From the NCBI GenBank assembly GCA_051117555.1, contig JBNPEG010000107.1:1-31793 (forward strand): DNA of 31,793 bases. Reading direction: 5' to 3'. The stretch is from Elainellaceae cyanobacterium (GTDB lineage Bacteria; Cyanobacteriota; Cyanobacteriia; CAZCXK01). Below the pieces are notes generated by a model, which had not been told where the DNA came from, did not search any database, and saw nothing but the letters and a program-made list of their open reading frames with translations. A program made the translations under genes and the position numbers. This document shows, piece after piece, positions 11,911 through 19,413 of the stretch (the stretch's first letter is position 1; each line of letters begins with the position of its first letter).

Positions 11911-12660
11911 ATGGCACTCCAGAAAAAGATTGCGGTTGTTTCGGGAAGTAATCGCGGGCTAGGTTACGCAATTTCACAAAAACTGGCTCAGCAGGATGAT
12001 ATTCGCGTTGTTTTGACGAGCCGTAATCCAGCAGAGGGGCATGCAACCCAGCAGCAACTCGCGAATGACGGGCTCGACGTTGACTATCACATCCTGGATG
12101 TCTCAAGTGATGACAGCGTTCAGCAATTAGCTGACTGGCTCCGCAGCACTTATGGCAAGGTAGATATCTTGGTGAATAATGCGGGAGTTAATCCGACGCG
12201 CCAGCCTGACGAAGCAAGCCTATTGACGGCTCAACTAGCAATCCTGTCATCAACCTTTGAGATGAATGTAGTGGCGATCGCCCGCATGGTTCAATCCATG
12301 ATTCCCCTAATGAAACCTCAAAATTATGGGCGTATCGTCAACGTGTCTACCGAGATGGCCTCTCTTTCATCTATTCCTAGAGATTTCTATCCGCTCGCGC
12401 CATCCTATCGACTTTCAAAGGTCGGTGTGAATGCGCTCACCGTCCTTTTGGCAAAAGAATTGCAGGACACTAATATTCTCATTAATGCTTATTCGCCAGG
12501 ATGGATGAAGACTGATATGGGCGGTGAGAACGCACCATTTACTGCTGAAGAAGGAGCCGAAACAGCTGTCTATTTGGCGACGCTTCCCGACGGTGGACCT
12601 CAAGGGCAGTTTTTTGGAGAAATGCGAAAGTTCGGAGGACTAGTTCAATTGCTTTGGTAG
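11911..12660 (+). CDS. Short-chain dehydrogenase/reductase (carbonyl reductase-like)
   Basis: SGSNRGLG, LVNNAG, YRLSK, SPGWMKTDMGG; ATG at 11911 preferred. Confidence 0.93.
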   Translation: MALQKKIAVVSGSNRGLGYAISQKLAQQDDIRVVLTSRNPAEGHATQQQLANDGLDVDYHILDVSSDDSVQQLADWLRSTYGKVDILVNNAGVNPTRQPDEASLLTAQLAILSSTFEMNVVAIARMVQSMIPLMKPQNYGRIVNVSTEMASLSSIPRDFYPLAPSYRLSKVGVNALTVLLAKELQDTNILINAYSPGWMKTDMGGENAPFTAEEGAETAVYLATLPDGGPQGQFFGEMRKFGGLVQLLW

Positions 12661-12685
12661 TTAATCTGTCATTAGGAGAATAGAC

Positions 12686-13336
12686 ATGAATATCGGCATT
12701 ATCGGCACTGGAAGCGTTGGCGGTACCTTAGGACGAATTCTCGCACGTTGTGGACATTCAGTGACATTTGGCACTCGAGATCCCCAAAATGAGAAAGTTC
12801 AATCCTTGCTTGCTACGATTAATGGAACTGCTGACGCGACGGACATCGCTACAGCTGTAGCTTCCAGCGAGGTTGTTATTTTGGCGATTCCCTGGAATGC
12901 AACTCAAGAGGCGATCGCCTCAGCAGGCGATCTCAGCGGAAAAATTCTCATCGATGCGACAAACCCGATCGAGATGACCCCTGAAGGATTGGCAAAGGGC
13001 TTGCTCACCGGACATACCACGTCTGCTGCTGAAGAGCTTGCTCAACTAGCTCCAGGTGCAGTTGTTATAAAAGCTTTTAATACGATTGGTGCAAGCCAGT
13101 TTGAGACACCACTCTTCGGCACAATTCGGGCAACCGGATTCATCTGCGGAGATGATTTAGATGCAAAGCAGGTCGTTGCAAGTTTGGTCGAAGAGGTTGG
13201 CTTTGATGTCTTAGATGTCGGAAATCTGAGTCAAGCACGCTTACTTGAACCGTTAGGAATGACGTGGATTCATCTTGCATTCTTGAGAGGTCTGGGACAA
13301 GAATTTGCTGTGACAGTGATTAAACGACCCAATTAG
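12686..13336 (+). CDS. NADPH-dependent F420 reductase family oxidoreductase
   Basis: IGIIGTGSVG, IDATNP, VIKAFNTI, CGDD..AK; AGGAG RBS. Confidence 0.88.
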   Translation: MNIGIIGTGSVGGTLGRILARCGHSVTFGTRDPQNEKVQSLLATINGTADATDIATAVASSEVVILAIPWNATQEAIASAGDLSGKILIDATNPIEMTPEGLAKGLLTGHTTSAAEELAQLAPGAVVIKAFNTIGASQFETPLFGTIRATGFICGDDLDAKQVVASLVEEVGFDVLDVGNLSQARLLEPLGMTWIHLAFLRGLGQEFAVTVIKRPN

Positions 13337-13363
13337 AACAAATACAGAAGTAGGGACACTTTG

Positions 13364-13444
13364 ATGAACATCGGCATTATCGGCAGCGGAAATATGGGGC
13401 GATCGCTCGGTACGGTGTGGGCAGAATCGACGTTATCCATCTAA
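13364..13444 (+). pseudogene. Truncated N-terminus of a second F420-reductase-like oxidoreductase
   Basis: MNIGIIGSGNMGRSLGTVWAE, then runs into the 3' end of ureB and stops. Confidence 0.7.
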
Positions 13445-13744
13445 AGAGCCATTGATTTTGGCATTAAGCCCATAGACCTGACGACTCCCCGCCAACGGCA
13501 CCAGCGTCACCTCTCGCTCGTCGCCCGGTTCAAAGCGCAGCGCATTGCCCGCCGGAATATCCAACCGCATTCCCCTTGCCTGTTCTCGATCGAATGATAG
13601 GGCTTCATTCACTTCATAAAAGTGAAAATGAGAGCCGACCTGAATGGGGCGATCGCCCGTATTAGCAACGACCATCGTTACCGTCGTGCGTCCGGCATTG
13701 AGTTCGATCTCACCGGCTTCTGGAATCATTTCACCTGGAATCAT
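13433..13744 (-). CDS. ureB: Urease beta subunit
   Basis: [32 protein letters not shown]. Confidence 0.97.
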   Translation of the reverse strand: MIPGEMIPEAGEIELNAGRTTVTMVVANTGDRPIQVGSHFHFYEVNEALSFDREQARGMRLDIPAGNALRFEPGDEREVTLVPLAGSRQVYGLNAKINGSLDG

Positions 13745-13804
13745 CGAGTCTCTCCTTTCATCAACTCATCTCATCAACTCATCAATCAAATCAACGACCT
13801 AAAC

Positions 13805-14395
13805 CTAGATAAACTGATCCGTCAGTTCGGGATAAATTCGCCTAAACGTATCAGGATAATCAATCACCACCCCATCTTCATCAACGGGCAACTCGGCTGT
13901 AAACTCCCGAAATATGCCGTCGTAGCGATGTAGCCCTCCTGTTTCATCGTGCTTTAAGCAGGTATATCGCTGCGGAACTGGTCTAATTTGCATCGCAGGG
14001 ATGGCAATGTACACTGCCCTGATGTTTTTAGACTCCCCCGGCTGAAGCGCGAGGCGGCGAATGGCGAGCGAATTGGTGAAGGGCGTCGCTGAAATATCGA
14101 CCTCAAAACAGCCCTGCAACCCATAAATCGATTGCCCGACCCGATTGATCCAATTCCCTGCACCATCCGTTTCAAGCTGAATCAGGTGCGTATCGCTATG
14201 CAATAGCTCTAGCTTTGCAAAATGCATTTTCCAGGCGCGATCGCACCGAATCTCATAGGCAAGCTGAAACGGCACGCCATCTTTGGCTCCAATGACTACG
14301 CTCTGAGCCCGAATCTGATCGCCTCGCTGAATCAGATGCAATGACTCCAAGCCTAGCCCGTTCCAGGGCTTCCAAAAGATTTGTCGATCGATCAT
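13805..14395 (-). CDS. Putative glycolipid-binding domain family protein
   Basis: GLESL, VDISATPFTNSLAIRRL, QRYT, LPVDEDGVVIDYP motifs. Confidence 0.75.
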   Translation of the reverse strand: MIDRQIFWKPWNGLGLESLHLIQRGDQIRAQSVVIGAKDGVPFQLAYEIRCDRAWKMHFAKLELLHSDTHLIQLETDGAGNWINRVGQSIYGLQGCFEVDISATPFTNSLAIRRLALQPGESKNIRAVYIAIPAMQIRPVPQRYTCLKHDETGGLHRYDGIFREFTAELPVDEDGVVIDYPDTFRRIYPELTDQFI

Positions 14396-14401
14396 GGATA
14401 G

Positions 14402-14704
14402 CTAGCGAATGGGATCGTGAACCGTCACGAGCTTGGTTCCATCTGGGAACGTGGCTTCAACCTGCACTTCGTCCAGCATTTCAGCAATGCCGTCCATCAC
14501 ATCATCTCGCGACAGCAAGGTGGCACCAAAACTCATCAAGTCTGCCACCGTGCGCCCCTCTCTCGCTCCTTCTAAAATGGCAGCAGAAATATAGGCGATC
14601 GCCTCCGGGTAGTTGAGCTTTAATCCTTTATCTTTGCGGCGCTCGGCAAGCAACGCAGCGGTAAAAATCATGAGTTTATCTTTTTCTTGGGGAGAGAGTT
14701 GCAT
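14402..14704 (-). CDS. ureA: Urease gamma subunit
   Basis: [36 protein letters not shown]. Confidence 0.98.
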   Translation of the reverse strand: MQLSPQEKDKLMIFTAALLAERRKDKGLKLNYPEAIAYISAAILEGAREGRTVADLMSFGATLLSRDDVMDGIAEMLDEVQVEATFPDGTKLVTVHDPIR

Positions 14705-16026
14705 AGGCGTGTTCGAGAAGGGTCACTCCAAATTAGAGACATCAACGTCAACAGCGGAAGAAGATATAGATAGATTGCAAAGGGGATAAACCTAGCATCG
14801 GTCATGAGAACAGTCGCCGGAACAAATCCGGCAATATTCCAGGGTATCAGGGGGGCGATAACAACAACAGTATTTTCAAGATCTAATGCAAGCTGATCGT
14901 GACCCCGCTCGGTTTTGTGATAGGTCGGCTCAGCCAATTGTTGGGTCAACAAAATGGCAATGGTTTGACTACAGCCGACGATTGCAGACAACGTTCCCAC
15001 GAGGGTGGTGTTCAAAAACCGCCGGCTCGGTGACGAACAGCGGCTCAAATAGGTCTCAAGCTGAGCTAATATTCGTGTGCCTGATAGCACCCCAGCGATC
15101 GCCGTTGAGAGGATGACCACGATGCAAACCGGCACCATCGACCGCACACCGCCGCCCACAAAAATCGACTGGAGTGGCGATGAGTCAGGCAGCTCAAACC
15201 CAAACACCGCAAACCGGATTACCTCCGCGATCGAGTAATCTTGAATCACCAGGGCGATCGCCCCGCCGACCAGCAGGCTCGCCATCATCGACCTTTTCAC
15301 CTCAACCCGAACCAGCGCCAATCCCAAAATTACTCCTGCGGGCACTACCACCCAACCTTGTATGTCAAAACTCTGTTGAATATCGTCCGTCAGCGTCGAT
15401 TGAATCGCGTGAGCCGGATTAATCAGTGACAATAAAAAATAAATCATACCCGATAATGCCAGCGGCAGAACAGACGTTTTAGCCATATTTTTGAGATTGG
15501 CATACACATCGGTTTGAGTAAGGCTGGCAATCAGGTTTGCACTAGACGACATCGGAGAACAGCGATCGCCCACATAGGCTCCCGCAATAATCGCGCCCGC
15601 CGCCCAGTGGGGATGCACTCCCCCCGCATTCGCCAAGATCATCAGCGCAATCCCGATCGTGCCTACCGTTCCAAACGAGGTGCCTAGCACGATCGAAACG
15701 AGACTCGTCAGCGCAAACGCAGATAGAATAAAGAACTGAGGATGAATGGCTTGGACGCCATAAAACACCAGCGCCGGAACCGTTCCCGATGCCATCCAGA
15801 CTGAAATGACCATGCCGATCAGCAGCAAGATTTGCAGCACTGACCCTGCTTTTTGGCTTCCCAGAACTGCCATTTTAAGAAGTACCGAAAACGGCATCCC
15901 CTGACGACGCAGCACGATGAGCAGCAGGGCAAGTGACGCAAACAGCGGATAGCCAATGAAATATCCCTGCTGAACGCTGATGAATAGGAGAACAAATGAC
16001 GCGGATAATGCAATGATGACATCCAT
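14668..16026 (-). CDS. NhaC-family Na+/H+ antiporter-like transporter
   Basis: Multi-[41 protein letters not shown]. Confidence 0.85.
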   Translation of the reverse strand: MDVIIALSASFVLLFISVQQGYFIGYPLFASLALLLIVLRRQGMPFSVLLKMAVLGSQKAGSVLQILLLIGMVISVWMASGTVPALVFYGVQAIHPQFFILSAFALTSLVSIVLGTSFGTVGTIGIALMILANAGGVHPHWAAGAIIAGAYVGDRCSPMSSSANLIASLTQTDVYANLKNMAKTSVLPLALSGMIYFLLSLINPAHAIQSTLTDDIQQSFDIQGWVVVPAGVILGLALVRVEVKRSMMASLLVGGAIALVIQDYSIAEVIRFAVFGFELPDSSPLQSIFVGGGVRSMVPVCIVVILSTAIAGVLSGTRILAQLETYLSRCSSPSRRFLNTTLVGTLSAIVGCSQTIAILLTQQLAEPTYHKTERGHDQLALDLENTVVVIAPLIPWNIAGFVPATVLMTDARFIPFAIYLYLLPLLTLMSLIWSDPSRTRLCNSLPKKKINS

Positions 16027-16253
16027 CGGGGATTGGGTCTGTGATTTAGGGAGGATGCATAAGACTACTGAGTCGTTGAGTAGGCTGTTTATTTTTCTAA
16101 ACGTGTAGCCTAAAGGCTTTTACATTGACTCATCAATGACTTAAATAGACAACTCCCATTAATAAAATTGATGGATCAATCATTCAATACGCCCTATGCG
16201 ATCGCACCGAAGTAATACCAATTCTTCAAATTCAGACTACCCAACTCATAACT

Positions 16254-16457
16254 CTAATCAGCAATGTCCATTCGTCCAGCAGAAAAAATTGCGTCTACTC
16301 GGAGCTGCAAGTTTGGAAACATCATCGGTTGTTTAGGTTTGCCGATGTATTCTCTACCACCAAGCCCCAGATAATCTGTAATCCAATGCCCTGGTACACC
16401 CATCGATGCTAACTGCGAGTAGATGGCTCCAGATAAACTAGAGTCTAGAAAAGCCAT
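16254..16457 (-). pseudogene. Uma2-family endonuclease remnant
   Basis: MGVPGHWITDYLGLGGREYIGKPKQP joined directly to FPNLQL..DAIF; N-terminal half and an internal segment missing. Confidence 0.7.
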
Positions 16458-16466
16458 CTGAGCACC

Positions 16467-16847
16467 ATGAGATTTTACATTTCACGCCATGCGGAGGAAG
16501 AATTAGATCGTCGAGCAATTCCGAGAGATTTTTTGGATTCCGTTTTAAGTAGGAGGGCTGAATTATTTGTAGGATGGGTTAGCGTCAGCGTAACCCATGC
16601 GGGCGTTGGGTTTCGTTCCTCAACCGCAACCTACGTATGCTCACATTTGATTGTGTTTACCTACTTACGTAATCCGCAACAAATTGTAGAAGATCGGGAC
16701 GGGAAGAAGGTATATCAGTCGCAATTTATGTTTAAGAACGACAAGACGTATTTAGTACGAGCGGTCATAGCTGATAATACGAAGCCAGCAATCGTTATTA
16801 CAGTTTATCGGACGAGTTAAATTGCTCGATATTGGAGGGGAAGATGA
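16467..16847 (+). pseudogene. DUF4258 (BrnT/RelE-like) toxin interrupted by a 120-bp in-frame insertion and a late nonsense codon
   Basis: SRHAEEEL.RRAIP, KVYQSQ, VITVYRTS; TAA at 16818-16820 is followed by IARYWRGR and a TGA overlapping the next ATG. Confidence 0.75.
16546..16667. mobile_element. Miniature inverted-repeat element with TAAGTAGG/CCTACTTA ends and an internal GTAG-REP doublet
   Basis: Terminal inverted repeats including a TA at each end; internal hairpin GGGTTA..TAACCC and GTAGG...CCTAC. Confidence 0.8.
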
Positions 16848-17041
16848 AAGTCATTTATGATGCTGAGACGGACATACTGCGTATTGTATTGACTGACGCT
16901 TTGATTGAAGAAAGCAATGAGGATTCGTCAGGAATTATCTTGGACTATGATGAGGCTGGAAATGTAGTAGGGCTAGAAGTTCTCAACGCATCTGTACGAG
17001 TGAAAGATCCGCGATCGCTCGAGCATATTGTTACAGGTTAA
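16844..17041 (+). CDS. DUF2283 family putative antitoxin
   Basis: MKVIYDAETDILRI..ESNE..GIILDYDEAGNVVGLEVLNAS; ATGA overlap with the ancestral toxin stop. Confidence 0.85.
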   Translation: MKVIYDAETDILRIVLTDALIEESNEDSSGIILDYDEAGNVVGLEVLNASVRVKDPRSLEHIVTG

Positions 17042-17167
17042 ATACTATAAACGTTTGGAAATTCAGAACACTCCCATGATTAACTTCAAAATAACGATAA
17101 GATCTGTAAATTAGATCTAGACATTAAATCTAGAGAATTGGTATCGCGCGATCGCGGATTGTTCGAG

Positions 17168-17214
17168 AGTCCGCGTAGGCGCACATTGTTCGTATAGTCG
17201 CGGTTTCAACCGCC
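17168..17214. repeat. Small palindromic dispersed repeat
   Basis: Two short imperfect hairpins (GTCCGC..GCGCAC; GCGGTT..AACCGC); resembles repeats I recall from filamentous cyanobacteria, single copy here. Confidence 0.4.
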
Positions 17215-17245
17215 AGACTTGAGTTTGGCAATGATTGAGGAGGTT

Positions 17246-17497
17246 GTCGATCTAGAAAACGAGCCGTCGAATGCAGCAAATGAGAGCATCGATCTAGAAA
17301 ACGAGCCCTCGAATATAGAAAATGAGCCCTCGACTATAGAAAACGAAGCCTCGACTATAGAAACTGAAGCCTCGACTATAGCAAATGAGCCCTCGACTAT
17401 AGAAAACGAAGCGCCGACTATAGCAAATGAGCCCTCGAATATAGAAAACGAAGCGCCGACTATAGAAAACGGAGCCTCGACTATAGAAACCGAAGCC
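17246..17497 (+). repeat. 21-bp tandem array, 12 units, open frame encoding acidic heptads (STIENEA/P)
   Basis: Heptads VDLENEP to STIETEA counted from the translation; ORF 17231-17518 possible. Confidence 0.92.
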
Positions 17498-17627
17498 GTG
17501 TTAACGAAGTCGCTTTAAACAGGGGCGATCGCCCCCCATAACCAAACCTTGTAACAAATTTGACTTGCCTGGATGCGCTAAATCGAGTAAATTTTTGAGC
17601 TAAGGCTGTGTGTGTGCAGCTTGTTTG

Positions 17628-17815
17628 TCCCAAAATTTGGTCGAACGCCACTGGAAGGTGAGCCAACACCAACCAGCGGCTGACCCCCTCAACAGATCAC
17701 GCCTGTCTCGGAGGCTGAGTAAGATTTTACTCGTGGCCGTCCCGAACTGCACATGTTTAGGGCGGCTAAATTTTGGGATTCCTTTCCTATCGTTTCATTG
17801 GAGGAATCCCTCATC
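17628..17815 (+). ncRNA. Putative structured cis-regulatory leader, copy A
   Basis: Closing IR TCCCAAAATTT/AAATTTTGGGA; hairpin GCCACTGG-AA-GGTG-N6-CACC-AA-CCAGCGGC then TGACCCC; GCCGTCC/GGGCGGC hairpin; anti-SD stem GGGATTCCT/AGGAATCCC. Confidence 0.65.
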
Positions 17816-18121
17816 ATGTGTTTCACCAATCCAGATCCTCAGCTATTTGAAAACGCTGAGGATCTCAATCTCGTGCCGGTTGCAAATCCCCCTGAACCCG
17901 AGCGGGAGCGCCTACGCCATGATCATCGGCTCACCCGACGGCGTGCGTTGGTGAAGCCGCTCCCTTTGGGAGTATCGGTGATTAATCGATTGCATGTGCT
18001 CCAGTATGCAGAGCAGTCAACCTGGAGTCGGTTGATTAAGATTCCGGAGGGGGGTGTTGTGATTACGCCCGACCAAGGTGCGGTGTTGAGTTATCTGCTG
18101 CGCTATCGGCAGTTGGGGTAA
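17816..18121 (+). CDS. Small protein of unknown function, paralog of 30761-30997, locally frameshifted
   Basis: GGAGG RBS; LxYAExxxWS motif shared with 30761-30997. Confidence 0.75.
   Translation: MCFTNPDPQLFENAEDLNLVPVANPPEPERERLRHDHRLTRRRALVKPLPLGVSVINRLHVLQYAEQSTWSRLIKIPEGGVVITPDQGAVLSYLLRYRQLG
17948..17973. mobile_element. 26-bp SDR-like mini-insertion in a HIP1-like site
   Basis: GCG|TTGGTGAAGCCGCTCCCTTTGGGAGT|ATCGG, with an internal CTCCC/GGGAG hairpin; removal restores GCGATCGG and the paralog alignment. Confidence 0.7.
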
Positions 18122-18124
18122 GAA

Positions 18125-18191
18125 GTGTTTGGGGTGGGCGATGCCCACCCTCGGTTGAGGTGGTGTTTGGGGTGGGCGATGCCCACCCTAC
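18125..18191. repeat. Two direct copies of a REP-like palindrome
   Basis: GTGTTTGGGGTGGGCGATGCCCACCCT at 18125 and 18163; second copy ends in CTAC (GTAG on the minus strand). Confidence 0.85.
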
Positions 18192-18373
18192 GGGGCTTAG
18201 ACAAAAGGCTGAGGGAGAGTTGATTCGTTATATATCTCTTGGAATGCTGCAATTCTAGCGAGATTGCTGTGTGGAAACTTTATACTGATTATGCAGAAGC
18301 ACATTAAAATCGTTCGTAATAAAATTAATCTTTCACGCACATCAACATCGCTTTTTCCTTGAGTAAATAAGCA

Positions 18374-19408
18374 ATGGCACGGGCAGATCTATTAAAAAAA
18401 CTTCTGAAAAGTCATCAAAAACATGATGATTGGGCTTTTCGTGAGGCTGCCGAGGAAATCATTGCCGAGGAAAGGAAAAAGCATCATATTATCCTGGCAA
18501 ATGAGTTGGAGCGGATTTTGAAAAATGGTAATGGTCACTTGAATTATGGACAGATACAAAGTCTCACACAACTAGACTCCGTCCCTAAAGATATTGAAAA
18601 GGGAGTGGCGCTGCTTGAAACCAAATGGACAAACCGTTTTCTAGAGGATCTGATCTTAAGTCAAGAAATTCGGAACGCACTTGAAAGGATGATGCGTGAG
18701 TTTCGAGAATGGGAAGTTTTGGAAGCTAATGGGCTGCTACCTACTCGTCGTGTTCTGTTCTGTGGTCCTTCTGGCTGTGGGAAGACAGCAGCAGCCGAAG
18801 CCATAGCAGCAGAATTAGGATTGCCGCTACTTTATGTTCGCTTTGATGCAGTCGTTTCTTCACTACTGGGTGAAACTGCTGCCAATCTTCGCAGAGTGTT
18901 TGATTATGCTCAACGTGGGCAGTGGGTGATGTTTTTTGATGAGTTTGACGCAATCGGCCGATCGCGTGACGATCCTACAGAGCATAGTGAGATCAAGCGA
19001 GTTGTCAATTCATACTTGCAAATTGTTGATAATTTTAGCGGTCGATCTCTTATCATTGCAGCAACGAATTTTGAGCAAGCACTTGATCCGGCAGCTTGGA
19101 GAAGATTTGATGATGTCATTCGTTTTGAAAAGCCTACAAATGAGCAGATTCGGAGGCTCGTTGGCAAACGATTAGTCCCATTGAGATTTAATAACACTCA
19201 GGTGGCTGAGATAGTAAAGAAGCTATCAGAGTCTACATATGCAGATGCGGAACGAGTGTGTTTAGATATCCGTAAATCATGCGCTATTCAGGGTACTCGA
19301 CAAGTCAAAAAAGAAGATGTTGAAGAAGCCCTTTCACGACACGCTTATCGTCAGGCTATCTTGGAAAGAGCTTGCGGCAATCCTATGCCGAAGATTGATC
19401 AAGATTAA
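18374..19408 (+). CDS. AAA+ ATPase, IetA-like
   Basis: GPSGCGKT Walker A, FFDEFD Walker B, AATN, LDPAAWRRFD; IIAEERKKHH..LANELE N-terminus. Confidence 0.9.
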   Translation: MARADLLKKLLKSHQKHDDWAFREAAEEIIAEERKKHHIILANELERILKNGNGHLNYGQIQSLTQLDSVPKDIEKGVALLETKWTNRFLEDLILSQEIRNALERMMREFREWEVLEANGLLPTRRVLFCGPSGCGKTAAAEAIAAELGLPLLYVRFDAVVSSLLGETAANLRRVFDYAQRGQWVMFFDEFDAIGRSRDDPTEHSEIKRVVNSYLQIVDNFSGRSLIIAATNFEQALDPAAWRRFDDVIRFEKPTNEQIRRLVGKRLVPLRFNNTQVAEIVKKLSESTYADAERVCLDIRKSCAIQGTRQVKKEDVEEALSRHAYRQAILERACGNPMPKIDQD

Positions 19409-19413
19409 TCATT

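Larger units (their letters stand above)
16215..17144. mobile_element. Segment bounded by 11-bp inverted ends (MITE-like) carrying a Uma2 remnant and a TA pair
   Basis: ATACCAATTCT (16215-16225) / AGAATTGGTAT (17134-17144); left end similar to the short element at 31536-31640. Confidence 0.5.

Noticed and set aside
17246..17497. CRISPR or guide-RNA array (also 31186-31437)
   Set aside because: Contiguous 21-bp units with point variants and no unique spacers
17610..17954. 114-aa ORF as a separate gene
   Set aside because: Spans the structured leader; its end IIGSPDGVR is the frameshifted piece of 17816-18121
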